Below are positions 49,989-60,024 of a stretch of DNA of 64,000 nt, piece by piece. Source of the DNA: Alphaproteobacteria bacterium (GTDB taxonomy: Bacteria; Pseudomonadota; Alphaproteobacteria; UBA828). The notes beneath the pieces were generated by a model, which ran no database searches, was not told the origin of the DNA, and saw nothing but the letters and a program-made list of their open reading frames with translations. A program made the position numbers and the translations under genes. Location: the NCBI GenBank assembly GCA_963667785.2, contig CAXXMU010000001.1:832001-896000 (forward strand). The letters run 5' to 3'. The number at the start of each line of letters is the position of its first letter. Position 1 is the stretch's first letter.

Positions 49989-51200
49989 ATGACCAAGGAA
50001 AGCGGCAGGAAAGGCCGCTACCGGGACGAGACGCTGCTCTCGGTGCTCGGCCGCGACCCGGCCGCGAACCACGGCGTCGTCAACCCGCCCGTCTATCACG
50101 CGTCGACGATCCTTCACGAGACCGCGGCGGCGCTGAAGGAAGCCACCTTCGGCCCGCGCGAGTACGGCAAGACCTACTACGGGCGCTACGGCACGCCGAC
50201 GACCTTCCCGCTGCAGGACTCCATCGCCGCCCTCGAGCGGGGTCATCGCACCTACCTGTTCGGCTCCGGCAAGGCGGCGATCGTGGCGTCGCTGCTCGCC
50301 TTCGTGAAGAGCGGCGACCACGTGCTGATGACCGACAGCGCCTATGGCCCGACGCGCGCCCTCGCGCGGGGGCTGCTCGCCCGCATGGGGGTGGAGACCA
50401 CCTTCTACGACCCCTGCATCGGCGCCGGCATCGCCGCCCTGATGCAGCCCAACACCAGCGTGGTGGTGGGCGAATCGCCGGGCTCGATCACCTTCGAGAT
50501 CCAGGACTTTCCGGCGCTCGCGGCTGCCGCGCACGAGCGGGGCGCCGTGTTGATCGTGGACAACACCTGGGCCTCGCCGCTGTTCTGTCAGCCTCTTGCT
50601 CTCGGCGCGGACGTCTCGATCCAGGCCTGCACCAAGTACGTCGTGGGCCACTCGGACGCCATGCTCGGCGCGGTCACCACCACCGAGGCCCATGTCGAGG
50701 CGCTGCGCCGCGTCTTCGAGGAGCTCGGCGCGGCGCCCGGACCCGACGACTGCTACCTGGGCCTGCGCGGCCTGCGCACGCTTTCCGTCCGCCTGCACCG
50801 GCACCAGGAGACGGGGCTCAGGCTCGCCCGCTGGCTGCAGGGCCGCCCCGAGGTGAGCCGGGTGCTCCATCCCGCGCTGGAGGACGATCCCGGTCACGCG
50901 CTCTGGAAGCGCGACTTCTCCGGCGCCTCCAGCCTCTTCGGCGCGGTGCTGGAGCCGGTGCCGGAGCCTGCCGTCGACGCCTTCCTCGATTCGCTCGCGC
51001 TCTTCGGCCTCGGCTATTCCTGGGGCGGCTACGAGAGCCTGGCGCTGCCGACCTATCCCTGGAAGCTGCGCGATGCGACGCGCTGGGATCCGGCGTGCCC
51101 GCTGCTCCGCATCTATGCTGGCCTCGAGGATGCCGACGACCTCATCGCCGATCTCGCGCAGGGGTTCGAGCGCATGGCCGAGGCACGCTCGGCGGAATAG
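49989..51200 (+). CDS. metC: Cystathionine beta-lyase
   Basis: VNPPVYHAST, YGRYGTP, DNTW, TKYVVGHSD, GYSWGGYESL. Confidence 0.93.
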   Translation: MTKESGRKGRYRDETLLSVLGRDPAANHGVVNPPVYHASTILHETAAALKEATFGPREYGKTYYGRYGTPTTFPLQDSIAALERGHRTYLFGSGKAAIVASLLAFVKSGDHVLMTDSAYGPTRALARGLLARMGVETTFYDPCIGAGIAALMQPNTSVVVGESPGSITFEIQDFPALAAAAHERGAVLIVDNTWASPLFCQPLALGADVSIQACTKYVVGHSDAMLGAVTTTEAHVEALRRVFEELGAAPGPDDCYLGLRGLRTLSVRLHRHQETGLRLARWLQGRPEVSRVLHPALEDDPGHALWKRDFSGASSLFGAVLEPVPEPAVDAFLDSLALFGLGYSWGGYESLALPTYPWKLRDATRWDPACPLLRIYAGLEDADDLIADLAQGFERMAEARSAE

Positions 51201-51223
51201 ACGCTCGTCAGCAGGGGAAGCGC

Positions 51224-51697
51224 ATGTACAACTGGTATTTCGAGGATCTGGAGCCCGGCCTGCGCTTCGAGACCAGGGGCAAGACCCTGAGCGAGCCGGA
51301 GATCCTGGACTTCGCCTTCCGCTACGACCCGCAGCCCTTTCATATGGACGTCGCCTACGCCGAGGCCGGGCCCTACGGCGGGCTGATCGCGAGCGGCATC
51401 CAGACCATCGCCGTGGCGCTCCGCATGTTCTTCCAGACCCCGGTGTTCGCGCCCGAGATCAGCATCGGCTCACCGGGGGTCGACGAGCTGCGCTGGCTCC
51501 AGCCGGTCCGCCCCGGCGATACCATCCGCGCTACCGGCGAGATCCTCGAGGTGCGGGCGTCGCGCTCCAAGCCGGACCGCGGCATCGTGCGCTACCGGAT
51601 GGAGGTCCTCAACCAGCGGGACGAAGTGGTGATGACCATGCTCAGTGCCGCGATCGTCCGGCGCGCGCCGGCGGCGGCCGGCGGCGACCCCGCGTAG
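51224..51697 (+). CDS. MaoC-family (hot-dog) dehydratase
   Basis: YFEDL, YDPQPFHMD, GLIASG, PVRPGD. Confidence 0.9.
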   Translation: MYNWYFEDLEPGLRFETRGKTLSEPEILDFAFRYDPQPFHMDVAYAEAGPYGGLIASGIQTIAVALRMFFQTPVFAPEISIGSPGVDELRWLQPVRPGDTIRATGEILEVRASRSKPDRGIVRYRMEVLNQRDEVVMTMLSAAIVRRAPAAAGGDPA

Positions 51698-51700
51698 GCC

Positions 51701-52195
51701 TTGGGCGCGACGCTGCAGCGGTCGGTCGGCGGACGCGCCCTCCCGCTGCTCGTCGCGGCGGCGAGCGCCGCGCTGCTGCTCGGCGCCTATCTCTCCCAGC
51801 ACGTGGGCGGCCTCGCGCCCTGTCCGCTCTGCCTCATCCAGCGCTACCCCCACTTCGCCGTCATAGGCCTGGGGCTTGCCGCCGTCGCCGTTGGCGGCCG
51901 GGCCCGGATGGCGCTGCTCGCGCTCTCGGGCCTCGCCCTCCTGGTGAGCGCCGGCTACGGGGTCTACCATGCGGGCGTCGAGCAGGGCTGGTTCGCGAGC
52001 GGCTGCGCCGCCCAGATCGGCGGCAGCGTCGACGACATCAGGGCACAGGTGATGGCGGCGCCGCTGACGCGCTGCGACGAGGTACCCTGGTCGCTCGTCG
52101 GCGTGTCGCTGGCGGGGTGGAACGCGATTGCCTCCGTCGCGGTGGCCGCCCTCGCGTTCTACGGCGCGGGCCGGCTGTGGAGGGCGGGCACATGA
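51701..52195 (+). CDS. dsbB: Disulfide bond formation protein B
   Basis: PCPLCLIQR, YHAGVE, second Cys pair; TTG start. Confidence 0.85.
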   Translation: MGATLQRSVGGRALPLLVAAASAALLLGAYLSQHVGGLAPCPLCLIQRYPHFAVIGLGLAAVAVGGRARMALLALSGLALLVSAGYGVYHAGVEQGWFASGCAAQIGGSVDDIRAQVMAAPLTRCDEVPWSLVGVSLAGWNAIASVAVAALAFYGAGRLWRAGT

Positions 52196-52776
52196 GCGAG
52201 GACGAGAAGCGCAGGGACGCACGGCCCGCGGTCACGGGCGAGGACCGGTTGCCCGGCGACCCCACCCGTGACGAGTTGATCGCCCGCATGCTGCGGGTCG
52301 ATCATGCCGGCGAGTACGGCGCCCGGCGGATCTACGACGGCCAGCTCGCGGTGCTGGGTCGCGGCCCGGCGGCGCCCGTGATCCGCGAGATGGCCGAGGC
52401 CGAGCAGGCCCACCTGGATGCCTTCGACGCGCTGCTGGTGGAGCGGCGCGTGCGGCCGACCGCGCTCAGCCCCCTCTGGCACGTCGCCGGCTACGCGCTC
52501 GGCGCCGCCAGCGGGTTGCTGGGAGAGCGGGCGGCCATGGCGTGCACCGTCGCCGTCGAGGAGGTGATCGAGGAGCACTACGCGGCGCAGGTGCAGCGTC
52601 TCGGCGAGGACGAGGCGCCGCTGCGCGAGACGCTCGAGCAATTCGGCGCCGACGAGGCCCGGCACCGCGAGACCGGCCTCGCCCACGGGGCGGAGCAGGC
52701 GCCGGGCTACGAGGCGCTGGCGGCGGCGGTCAAGCGCGGCACCCGGCTCGCCATCTGGCTGTCGGAACGGATTTAG
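52192..52776 (+). CDS. coq7: Demethoxyubiquinone hydroxylase (di-iron)
   Basis: RVDHAGEYGA, EQAH, AMACTVAVE, DEARH. Confidence 0.93.
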   Translation: MSEDEKRRDARPAVTGEDRLPGDPTRDELIARMLRVDHAGEYGARRIYDGQLAVLGRGPAAPVIREMAEAEQAHLDAFDALLVERRVRPTALSPLWHVAGYALGAASGLLGERAAMACTVAVEEVIEEHYAAQVQRLGEDEAPLRETLEQFGADEARHRETGLAHGAEQAPGYEALAAAVKRGTRLAIWLSERI

Positions 52777-52788
52777 CGCGGGGCTGGA

Positions 52789-53577
52789 CTACCGCCCGGT
52801 GAACTTGGGCGGGCGCTTCTCCATGAACGCGGTGCGTCCCTCGGTGTAATCGGCGCTGGTGAAGCAGGCCGTCACCAGGTCCTCGCAGAGGGCCGCGTCG
52901 ACGCCGTCGCCGCCGGCCCGCGCGAGCTCCCCGATCATGTGCTTGCTCGCCCGCATGGAGAGCGGCGCGTTGGCGGCGATGGCGGCGCAGTAGCGCTCGA
53001 CCTCCTCGGCCAGCGTGTCCGTGGGCACGGTCCGGTTGACGAGGCCGATGCGCTCCGCCTCGCTGGCGTCGAAGCGGCGCGCGGTGATGAGGATCTCCTT
53101 GGCGAAGGCGGGCCCGACCAGGTCGGTCAGCAGCTTGAGCGAGCCGACGCGGTAGCCGACCCCCAGCCTTGCGGCCGGAATCGCGAAGGTCGCGTCGGTT
53201 GCGGCGATCCGCATGTCGCAGGCGATGGCGAGGCCGAGCCCCCCTCCCATGCAGTAGCCGCGGATCATGGCGATCGTCGGCCGGTCGACGCCCTTCAACC
53301 GGTGGGTGGCGCCCTCGGCAAGCTCGTCGTAGGCCGCGACCGCCTCTTCGCTCGCGCGCGCGGTCGCGAACTCGGAAATGTCGGCGCCCGAGACGAAGGC
53401 CTTCTCGCCCGCGCCCCGCAGCACGATCACGCGGACCGCGGGGTCCGCCTCCAGCTCATCCAGCGCCTCCGGCAGCGCACGCCACATGGCGACGGAGAGC
53501 GCGTTGTGCTTCGCCGGGTTGTTGAAGGTGATCCAGCCGACGGCGCCGGCGGTCTCGACAAGCAGTTGATCGGTCAT
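52789..53577 (-). CDS. Enoyl-CoA hydratase/isomerase
   Basis: AFVSGADISE, GYCMGGG, DYTEGRTAFMEKR. Confidence 0.9.
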   Translation of the reverse strand: MTDQLLVETAGAVGWITFNNPAKHNALSVAMWRALPEALDELEADPAVRVIVLRGAGEKAFVSGADISEFATARASEEAVAAYDELAEGATHRLKGVDRPTIAMIRGYCMGGGLGLAIACDMRIAATDATFAIPAARLGVGYRVGSLKLLTDLVGPAFAKEILITARRFDASEAERIGLVNRTVPTDTLAEEVERYCAAIAANAPLSMRASKHMIGELARAGGDGVDAALCEDLVTACFTSADYTEGRTAFMEKRPPKFTGR

Positions 53578-53589
53578 GTCATTTCCACG

Positions 53590-54831
53590 TTAGACAACAC
53601 CGCGACCCCGCAGGTCCTCGATCGCCGCATCGTCGTAGCCGAGCGCGTCCAGAATCTCGCCGGTGTGGGCGCCGAGCTCGGGCGTCGCCGCATGGACGTT
53701 GAACGGCGTGCGGCTGAGCCGGGTGGCCTGGGAGACGATGCGCGTCGGCCCGAGGACCGGGTGCTCGACCGGGTGCGCCATGCCGAGATGCCGCACCTGC
53801 GGGTCGTCGAACATCTCGTCGATGGCGTAGATCGGCCCGCAGGGCACGCCCGCCCGGTTGAGCGCGTCGACCCAGGCGGCGCTCGGCTTCGTGCGGGTGC
53901 GCCCGTTGATGAGGCCGTTGAGCGCGGCGCGGTTCTCCGACCGGGCCTCGCCGGTGGCGAAGCGCTCGTCGGCGATCAGCTCCGGCATGCCGAGCGCCTC
54001 GCACAGGCGCTCGTAGATGGCGCCGCCCGAGGTCGCGATGTTGATGTGGCCGTCGGCGGTCTCGAACACGCCGGTCGGGATGCTGGTGGGGTGGTCGTTG
54101 CCGGCCTGCCCCGGCGCCTCGCCCTCGAACAGGTAGCGCGCGGCCTGAAAGTCGAGCTGGGCGATCATCGCCTGCAGCAGGGAGGACTGCACCCACTGCC
54201 CCTTGCCCGAGCGCTCGCGCTCGAGCAGCGCGACGAGGATGCCGATCGCGGTGTAGAGGCCGGCGCTGAGATCGGCGACCGGGATGCCGACGCGCATCGG
54301 CCCGCGGCCGGGCTCGCCGGTGATCGACATCAGCCCGCCCATGCCCTGGGCAATCTGGTCGAAACCCGGGCGTTTCGCGTACGGCCCGTCCTGGCCGAAG
54401 CCCGAGAGGCTGGCGTAGACGAGGCGGGGGTTGAGCGCGCTCAGCGTCTCGTAGTCGATCCCCAGTCGCTGCTTCACGTCGGGCCGGTAGTTCTCCACCA
54501 CCACGTCGGCGCCGGTCGCGAGCCGCTTGAAGATGGCGATGCCGTCCGGGTCCTTGAGGTTGAGGGTGAGGCTCCGCTTGTTGCGGTGCAGGTTCTGGAA
54601 GTCGGGGCCGTGGCGGCTCTTGATCGGGTCGTTCGCCGGCCCCGGCGTCCACGGCGCCTCGATCTTGATGACGTCGGCGCCCCAGTCCGCAAGCTGGCGC
54701 GCCGCGGTCGGCCCCGCCCGGTAGCGGGTGAGGTCGAGCACGGTGAAGCGCGCGAGCGCGCCGTCTGCCGGGGGATGGGTCATCGGAACCGTTCTACCGC
54801 CACCACTGTCGTCTTGGTAGTGCCCGCTCAC
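53590..54831 (-). CDS. Class III CoA transferase (CaiB/BaiF)
   Basis: LADWGADVIKIE, HRNKRS, VENYRP, SGFGQDGP; alternative start at 54783. Confidence 0.92.
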   Translation of the reverse strand: MSGHYQDDSGGGRTVPMTHPPADGALARFTVLDLTRYRAGPTAARQLADWGADVIKIEAPWTPGPANDPIKSRHGPDFQNLHRNKRSLTLNLKDPDGIAIFKRLATGADVVVENYRPDVKQRLGIDYETLSALNPRLVYASLSGFGQDGPYAKRPGFDQIAQGMGGLMSITGEPGRGPMRVGIPVADLSAGLYTAIGILVALLERERSGKGQWVQSSLLQAMIAQLDFQAARYLFEGEAPGQAGNDHPTSIPTGVFETADGHINIATSGGAIYERLCEALGMPELIADERFATGEARSENRAALNGLINGRTRTKPSAAWVDALNRAGVPCGPIYAIDEMFDDPQVRHLGMAHPVEHPVLGPTRIVSQATRLSRTPFNVHAATPELGAHTGEILDALGYDDAAIEDLRGRGVV

Positions 54832-55721
54832 TCCTCCGAGAAATCGCGGACCGCGCTGTCGAAGCGGCCGTAGCCGGCGTAGTCCACGATCTCGTAGAGG
54901 TGCGCCCTGGTCATCATGCGCGGCACGAGGCCCGGCTGGTCGTCGGATTCGTCGAGGTCGCGGAGCCCGTCCTCGACGGCCTTCATGGCGAGCCGGAAGG
55001 CGGTGACCGGGTAGATCACCAGATTGTAGCCGAGCTCCGCCAGGGTGCGGCGCGACAGCAGCGGCGACTTGCCGAACTCGGTCATGTTGGCCATCAGCGG
55101 CACGTTCAGGGCGGCGCGGAAGGCCTCGAACTCGCGCTCGTCCTGCAGCGCCTCGGGGAAGATCATGGCGGCGCCGGCGTCGATATAGGCCTTGGCGCGG
55201 TCGATCGCCTTCTCCAGGCCCTCGGGACCGCGGGCGTCGGTGCGGGCGATGAGCAGGAAGTTCGGGTCGGTCCGGGCCTCGGCGGCGGCGCGCACGCGGC
55301 GCACCATCTCGGGCACCGGCACCAGGGTCTTGCGGTCGAGGTGGCCGCAGCGCTTGGGCGCCTCCTGGTCCTCGAGGTGGCAGCCGGCGAGGCCCGCCTC
55401 CTCCAGCAGGGCGACGGTGCGGGCGGCGTTGAGGGGCGCGCCGAAGCCGGTGTCGATGTCCACGATGACGGGCAGCGTGCAGGCGCGCACGATCGCCTGC
55501 GCGCGGGCCGTGACCTCGCTCTGCGTCACCAGCCCGATATCGGGCAGGCCGAGATCGGCGGCGAGCGCCGCGCCCGAGACGTAGACGCCGTCGAAGCCCT
55601 GGCGCTCGATCAGCTTCGCCACGATCGGCGCAAACGCGCCGGGGAAGCGCAGCAGGCCGCCGCGGTCGAGCGCCTCCCGCAGAGCGCGGCGGCGCTCCGG
55701 CGCGGGTGCCGCCGCGATCAC
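54828..55721 (-). CDS. prpB: 2-methylisocitrate lyase (ICL/PEPM family)
   Basis: GLPDIG, DIDTGFG, EDQ..PKRCGHL, ARTDA, ANMTEFGK. Confidence 0.85.
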   Translation of the reverse strand: MIAAAPAPERRRALREALDRGGLLRFPGAFAPIVAKLIERQGFDGVYVSGAALAADLGLPDIGLVTQSEVTARAQAIVRACTLPVIVDIDTGFGAPLNAARTVALLEEAGLAGCHLEDQEAPKRCGHLDRKTLVPVPEMVRRVRAAAEARTDPNFLLIARTDARGPEGLEKAIDRAKAYIDAGAAMIFPEALQDEREFEAFRAALNVPLMANMTEFGKSPLLSRRTLAELGYNLVIYPVTAFRLAMKAVEDGLRDLDESDDQPGLVPRMMTRAHLYEIVDYAGYGRFDSAVRDFSEE

Positions 55722-55861
55722 GGGCGGGCTTCCTGCCGCGTGCGTGCCCGGCCGATCAGGGTGCAGCCCTGCATGCGATGGTATATGGTGCGCCGGGCCG
55801 CCCCGCCGCTGGCAGGGCAGGTATACGTGTGCGCGGCGCTGTGGGGCAGAGGAGGAGATCG

Positions 55862-56965
55862 ATGAAGCTGGGCCTTTTCATGATGCCGATCCATAACCAC
55901 GAGAGGGACTATCACACGACCCTCATGGAGGATATCGAAGCGATCGTCCATGCCGATCGGCTCGGCTTCTCGGAGGCCTGGGTGGGCGAGCATTACAGCT
56001 CCAAGTCGGAGCAGATCACCTCGCCCCTGCTCTTCCTCGCGCATGTGCTGCCCCACACCAAGCAGATCGTCGCCGGCACGGGCGTCATCTGCCTGCCGCA
56101 GTACCACCCGGCGGTGACCGCCGGGCAGATCGCCATGTTCGACCACCTGGCGAAGGGGCGCTACATCGCGGGCGTTGGCCCCGGCGGGCTGCCGCCGGAC
56201 TTCGAGATCTTCGGCGTGATGGATGCGGACCGCAACGCCATGATGGTCGAGGCCATCGACATCATGGTCGACATCTGGACCTCGGACCCGCCCTACGAGT
56301 TCAACGGCGAGCACTGGCAGATCTCCCTCAAGGACTGGATCTACGAGGATATCGGGCTGGGCTACATGGCCAAGCCCTATCAGAAGCCCTATCCGCCGCT
56401 CGCCATCTCCGCCATGAGCCCCTTCTCGGGCTCGATCAAGTTCGCGGGCTCGCGCGGCTACATCCCGATCTCGGCCAACTTCATCGGCACCTGGTCGGCG
56501 AAGTCCCACTGGCAGGTCTATGCCGAGGCGGCGGCCAAGGCCGGGCATCCGACCGACCCGGAGATCTGGCGCGTCGCCCGCAACGTCCACGTGGACGAGA
56601 CCGACGAGGCGGCCGAGGCTTTCGTCAAGAAGGCCGACGACAGCACCGACTGGTACTTCAGCTACCTCTTCAGGATCTTCGAGCGGGCCGAGATGAAGGG
56701 ACCCTTCGTCGTCAACCAGGGGGACGACCCGGCGGCGCTGACTCACGAATCGATCCGCGACAACTACACGATCTACGGCAGTCCGGAGACGGTGGCCGAG
56801 AAGATCCTGGCGCTGCGCGACGAGATCGGCCACTTCGGCACGCTGATGCTGACCGCGCAGGACTGGACCGACAAGGAGCGGATGAAGCGCTCCATGTCGC
56901 TGCTCGCCGAAGAGGTCATGCCCAAGGTCAACGCCGCCATCGGCGCGCGGGCGGCGGCGGAGTAG
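55862..56965 (+). CDS. LLM-class flavin-dependent monooxygenase
   Basis: MKLGLFMMP, GFSEAWVGEH, FDHLAKGR, GSPETVAEKI; GAGGAG RBS. Confidence 0.88.
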   Translation: MKLGLFMMPIHNHERDYHTTLMEDIEAIVHADRLGFSEAWVGEHYSSKSEQITSPLLFLAHVLPHTKQIVAGTGVICLPQYHPAVTAGQIAMFDHLAKGRYIAGVGPGGLPPDFEIFGVMDADRNAMMVEAIDIMVDIWTSDPPYEFNGEHWQISLKDWIYEDIGLGYMAKPYQKPYPPLAISAMSPFSGSIKFAGSRGYIPISANFIGTWSAKSHWQVYAEAAAKAGHPTDPEIWRVARNVHVDETDEAAEAFVKKADDSTDWYFSYLFRIFERAEMKGPFVVNQGDDPAALTHESIRDNYTIYGSPETVAEKILALRDEIGHFGTLMLTAQDWTDKERMKRSMSLLAEEVMPKVNAAIGARAAAE

Positions 56966-56999
56966 GCCCGCCCGGGCGACGCGTACGGGAGGGCGGGCG

Positions 57000-57728
57000 A
57001 CGAGCGACTACGCCCTCATCACCGGCGGCGCACGGGGGATAGGCCGGGCCACGGCGGCCCGGCTCCGTGCCGACGGCTGCCGGGTCGTGGTCCTCGACCG
57101 GCTGGAGCCGGAAGACCCGGTGGATGCGTTCGTCGCCGTCGACCTCGCCGATGCGGACGCGACCGCAGGCGCGCTGGAGCAGGCACTCAGCGGGCGGACC
57201 ATCACGCGGCTCGTCAACAATGTGGGCGCCGTGCGCCCGGCACTGCTCGGCGACGCGACGCTCGACGACTTCGACTACCTGATGGCGCTCAACGTGCGCT
57301 CGGCCATCCAGTGCACCAAGGCGCTGGCGCCGGGGATGCGCGCCGCCGGCTTCGGGCGGATCGTCAACGTCTCCAGCCGCTCGGTGCGCGGCAAGGAGCT
57401 TCGCACAAACTACGCCGCGACCAAGGCGGCGCTGATTGGGCTGACCCGCACCTGGGCGCTGGAGCTCGGCGCAGACGGCATCACGGTCAACTGCATCTGC
57501 CCGGGGCCGACGGCGACGGAGCTCTACGTCGAGGCCAATCCGCCGGAGTCGCCGCGCACCAAGGGCGCGCTCGCCGCCATCCCGGTCGGCCGCATCGGGA
57601 CGCCCGAGGACATGGCCCACGCCATCGCCTTCTTTCTCGACGACGAGAGCGGCTTCGTCACCGGCCAGGCGCTGATGGTCTGCGGCGGCTCCAGCCTCGG
57701 CGCCCGCGAGAGCCTGGCCCCGGCCTGA
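57000..57728 (+). CDS. SDR oxidoreductase; apparent start codon is ACG
   Basis: GGAGG-N7-ACG AGC GAC TAC GCC CTC ATC ACC GGC GGC (xSDYALITGGARGIG); LVNNVG; YAATK. Confidence 0.8.
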   Translation, partial: TSDYALITGGARGIGRATAARLRADGCRVVVLDRLEPEDPVDAFVAVDLADADATAGALEQALSGRTITRLVNNVGAVRPALLGDATLDDFDYLMALNVRSAIQCTKALAPGMRAAGFGRIVNVSSRSVRGKELRTNYAATKAALIGLTRTWALELGADGITVNCICPGPTATELYVEANPPESPRTKGALAAIPVGRIGTPEDMAHAIAFFLDDESGFVTGQALMVCGGSSLGARESLAPA

Positions 57729-57746
57729 GTCCTGCGCGCCGCCCGT

Positions 57747-58118
57747 TCAGTCTTGCGGCAGCGCGTAGTAGTCGCCGGCGAACGCGGTGTAGATGTGACG
57801 CTCGATGGCGAGCCCGGTGGCGCCGTCGAGCGTGCCCGCAGTGATCGAGATGCGCTCCTCGCCCGCCGGATCCCAGAACAGGTTGCCGCCGCAGCGGTTG
57901 CAGAACCCGCGCCGCGCGGACTCCGATGAGTCGTACCAGACCAGGGTCTCGTCCGCGTCGATGGCGAAGCGGTCGTTCGGCACCGAGGTCATGGCCGCGT
58001 GGTGGCCGGACGTCTTGCGGCACTGAATGCAGTGGCAGGCGATGACCGGGCGCAGGGGGCCGGTCGCCCGGTATCTGACGCCGCCGCAGAGGCAGCCTCC
58101 GGTGTGCACCTCGCTCAC
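57747..58118 (-). CDS. GFA (CENP-V) family protein
   Basis: GGCLCGGVRY, CHCIQCRK, RGFCNRCG. Confidence 0.9.
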   Translation of the reverse strand: MSEVHTGGCLCGGVRYRATGPLRPVIACHCIQCRKTSGHHAAMTSVPNDRFAIDADETLVWYDSSESARRGFCNRCGGNLFWDPAGEERISITAGTLDGATGLAIERHIYTAFAGDYYALPQD

Positions 58119-58151
58119 GTCCTCCTCCCTGTCGCTGCCGCGCGCCGCCCG

Positions 58152-58403
58152 TCAGCTCCGGGGCTGGACCATGGTGCAGGTGATGACCTCCTCGCCAAGG
58201 GCTTTGCATGCTTCCAGGCGGTGCAGGCCTTCCACGAGCACGTAGCGGGCGCCGTCCTCGCGCACCAGGATCGGCACCTTCAGCCCGTCCTCGAGGATGC
58301 TCTCGGCGAGCGCGTCGACCGTCGCCTGCTTGAGCGTCCGGCGGCGCTTGGCCGGCACGTAGATGTCGGCGATGGCGAGGTCCTTGTTCTCCAGTAGCGG
58401 CGT
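58152..58403 (-). CDS. Small ParB/sulfiredoxin N-terminal domain protein (start uncertain)
   Basis: IADIYVPAKRRRTL, LAESILEDGLKVPILVR, LVEGLHRLEACKALG. Confidence 0.75.
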   Translation of the reverse strand, partial: TPLLENKDLAIADIYVPAKRRRTLKQATVDALAESILEDGLKVPILVREDGARYVLVEGLHRLEACKALGEEVITCTMVQPRS

Positions 58404-58589
58404 CGTCTCCTCCCTGTTCCGGCGGCGTCTCCCTCGCAAGCGGGACCCACTCTGGCAAAGCCGCTCCACCCGCGCAATGTCGCCCCGAGGCCGCGAGCGC
58501 CCGGCGCCTGAGGGATATGAAAAACGCACTCTCCGCGGCATGATGGGCAGGCGGGGAATGAAGGTTCTCGACGCTGCGGGGAGGCGACG

Positions 58590-60002
58590 ATGACTGCGAC
58601 CGTGATACGGAACGGGCGGATCGTGACCGCCGTGGACGACTACACGGCCGACATCCTGATGGAAGACGGCCGCGTGCGCATGATCGGCACCGACCTGCCC
58701 GTGGGCGAAGACGTGGCGGCCCACGATGCGGAAGGGCTGCTCGTGCTGCCGGGCGGCGTCGACGTGCATACCCACCTCGACTGGGACTTCGGGCCCGCGC
58801 GCACGGCGGACACCTTCTACACCGGCTCCCAGGCGGCCGCCTTCGGCGGCACCACCACGCTCGTCGACTTCGCCGCCCAGGTGAAGGGTACCAGCCCGCT
58901 CGCCGGCCTTGCCGACTGGCACGAGCGCGCTTCGGTCGCCGCCATCGACGTCGGCGCGCACATGATCATGACCGACGTGAACGACCAGACCCTCGTCGAC
59001 ATCAAGAGCCTGATCCACGACGAGGGCGTGACCACCTTCAAGCTCTTCACCGCCTATCCCGACGTGCTGATGATCGACGACGGCCAGATCTTCAGGACCA
59101 TGCGGCTGGTCGGCGGCAACGGCGGCATGGTGCAGGTCCACGCCGAGAACGGCCACGTCATCGACGTGCTGGTGCAGGAGGCGCTGGCCGCCGGCAACAC
59201 CAGCCCCAAGTGGCACATGCTGACGCGGCCGACCCTGATGGAGGGCGAGGCGACGCACCGGGTGATCCGCATCGCCGAGCTTGCCGAGGCGCCGGTCTAT
59301 CTCGTGCACCTCTCGGCCGGCGAGGCGCTGGACGCGGTGACCGAAGCACGCGACCGCGGGCTCCCGGTCCATGCCGAGACCTGCCCGCACTATCTCTTCC
59401 TCACCGACGAGGAATACGACCGGCCGGGCTTCGAGAGCGCAAAGTTCGTGATGACGCCGCCGCTGCGCGGCGCCGCGCACCAGCACGCGCTGTGGCGCGG
59501 GCTGAAGACCGACGACCTCCAGGTGATCGCCACGGATCACTGCCCCTTCTGCTTCAGCGAGAACGTGCTCGGCCTGCGCCTCTCCAAGGAGCTCGGGCGC
59601 GACGACTTCAGCAAGATCCCCAACGGCGCGCCGGGGCTCGAGACCCGCATGCCGCTGGTCTACGACGGCGGCGTGCGCAGCAACGGCATGTCGCTCAACC
59701 GCTACGTGGAGCTCACCGCCACCGCGCCGGCGAAGCTCTTCGGCCTCTTCCCGCGCAAGGGCACCATCGCCGTCGGCTCGGACGCCGACATCGTGCTCTT
59801 CGATCCCGACGAGACCTGGACCATACGCGCCGCCGAGCACCACAGCCGGGTCGAGTACTCGATGTTCGAGGGCCGCGAGGTCACCGGCCGGGTGAGCAAG
59901 GTGTTCCTCAGAGGCGAGCTCATCGTCGACGGGCGCGAGTGGCTCGGCCGCGAGGGCGGTGGCCGCTTCGTCAAGCGCGGCCAGGCGGGCAAGGCGAAGT
60001 AG
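58590..60002 (+). CDS. hydA: Dihydropyrimidinase / D-hydantoinase
   Basis: PGGVDVHTH, GGTT, FK, VHAEN, HLS, AETCPHYL, TDHCPF, IPNG. Confidence 0.93.
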   Translation: MTATVIRNGRIVTAVDDYTADILMEDGRVRMIGTDLPVGEDVAAHDAEGLLVLPGGVDVHTHLDWDFGPARTADTFYTGSQAAAFGGTTTLVDFAAQVKGTSPLAGLADWHERASVAAIDVGAHMIMTDVNDQTLVDIKSLIHDEGVTTFKLFTAYPDVLMIDDGQIFRTMRLVGGNGGMVQVHAENGHVIDVLVQEALAAGNTSPKWHMLTRPTLMEGEATHRVIRIAELAEAPVYLVHLSAGEALDAVTEARDRGLPVHAETCPHYLFLTDEEYDRPGFESAKFVMTPPLRGAAHQHALWRGLKTDDLQVIATDHCPFCFSENVLGLRLSKELGRDDFSKIPNGAPGLETRMPLVYDGGVRSNGMSLNRYVELTATAPAKLFGLFPRKGTIAVGSDADIVLFDPDETWTIRAAEHHSRVEYSMFEGREVTGRVSKVFLRGELIVDGREWLGREGGGRFVKRGQAGKAK

Positions 60003-60024
60003 AGCGGGCCGAAGCGAGCCGGCC

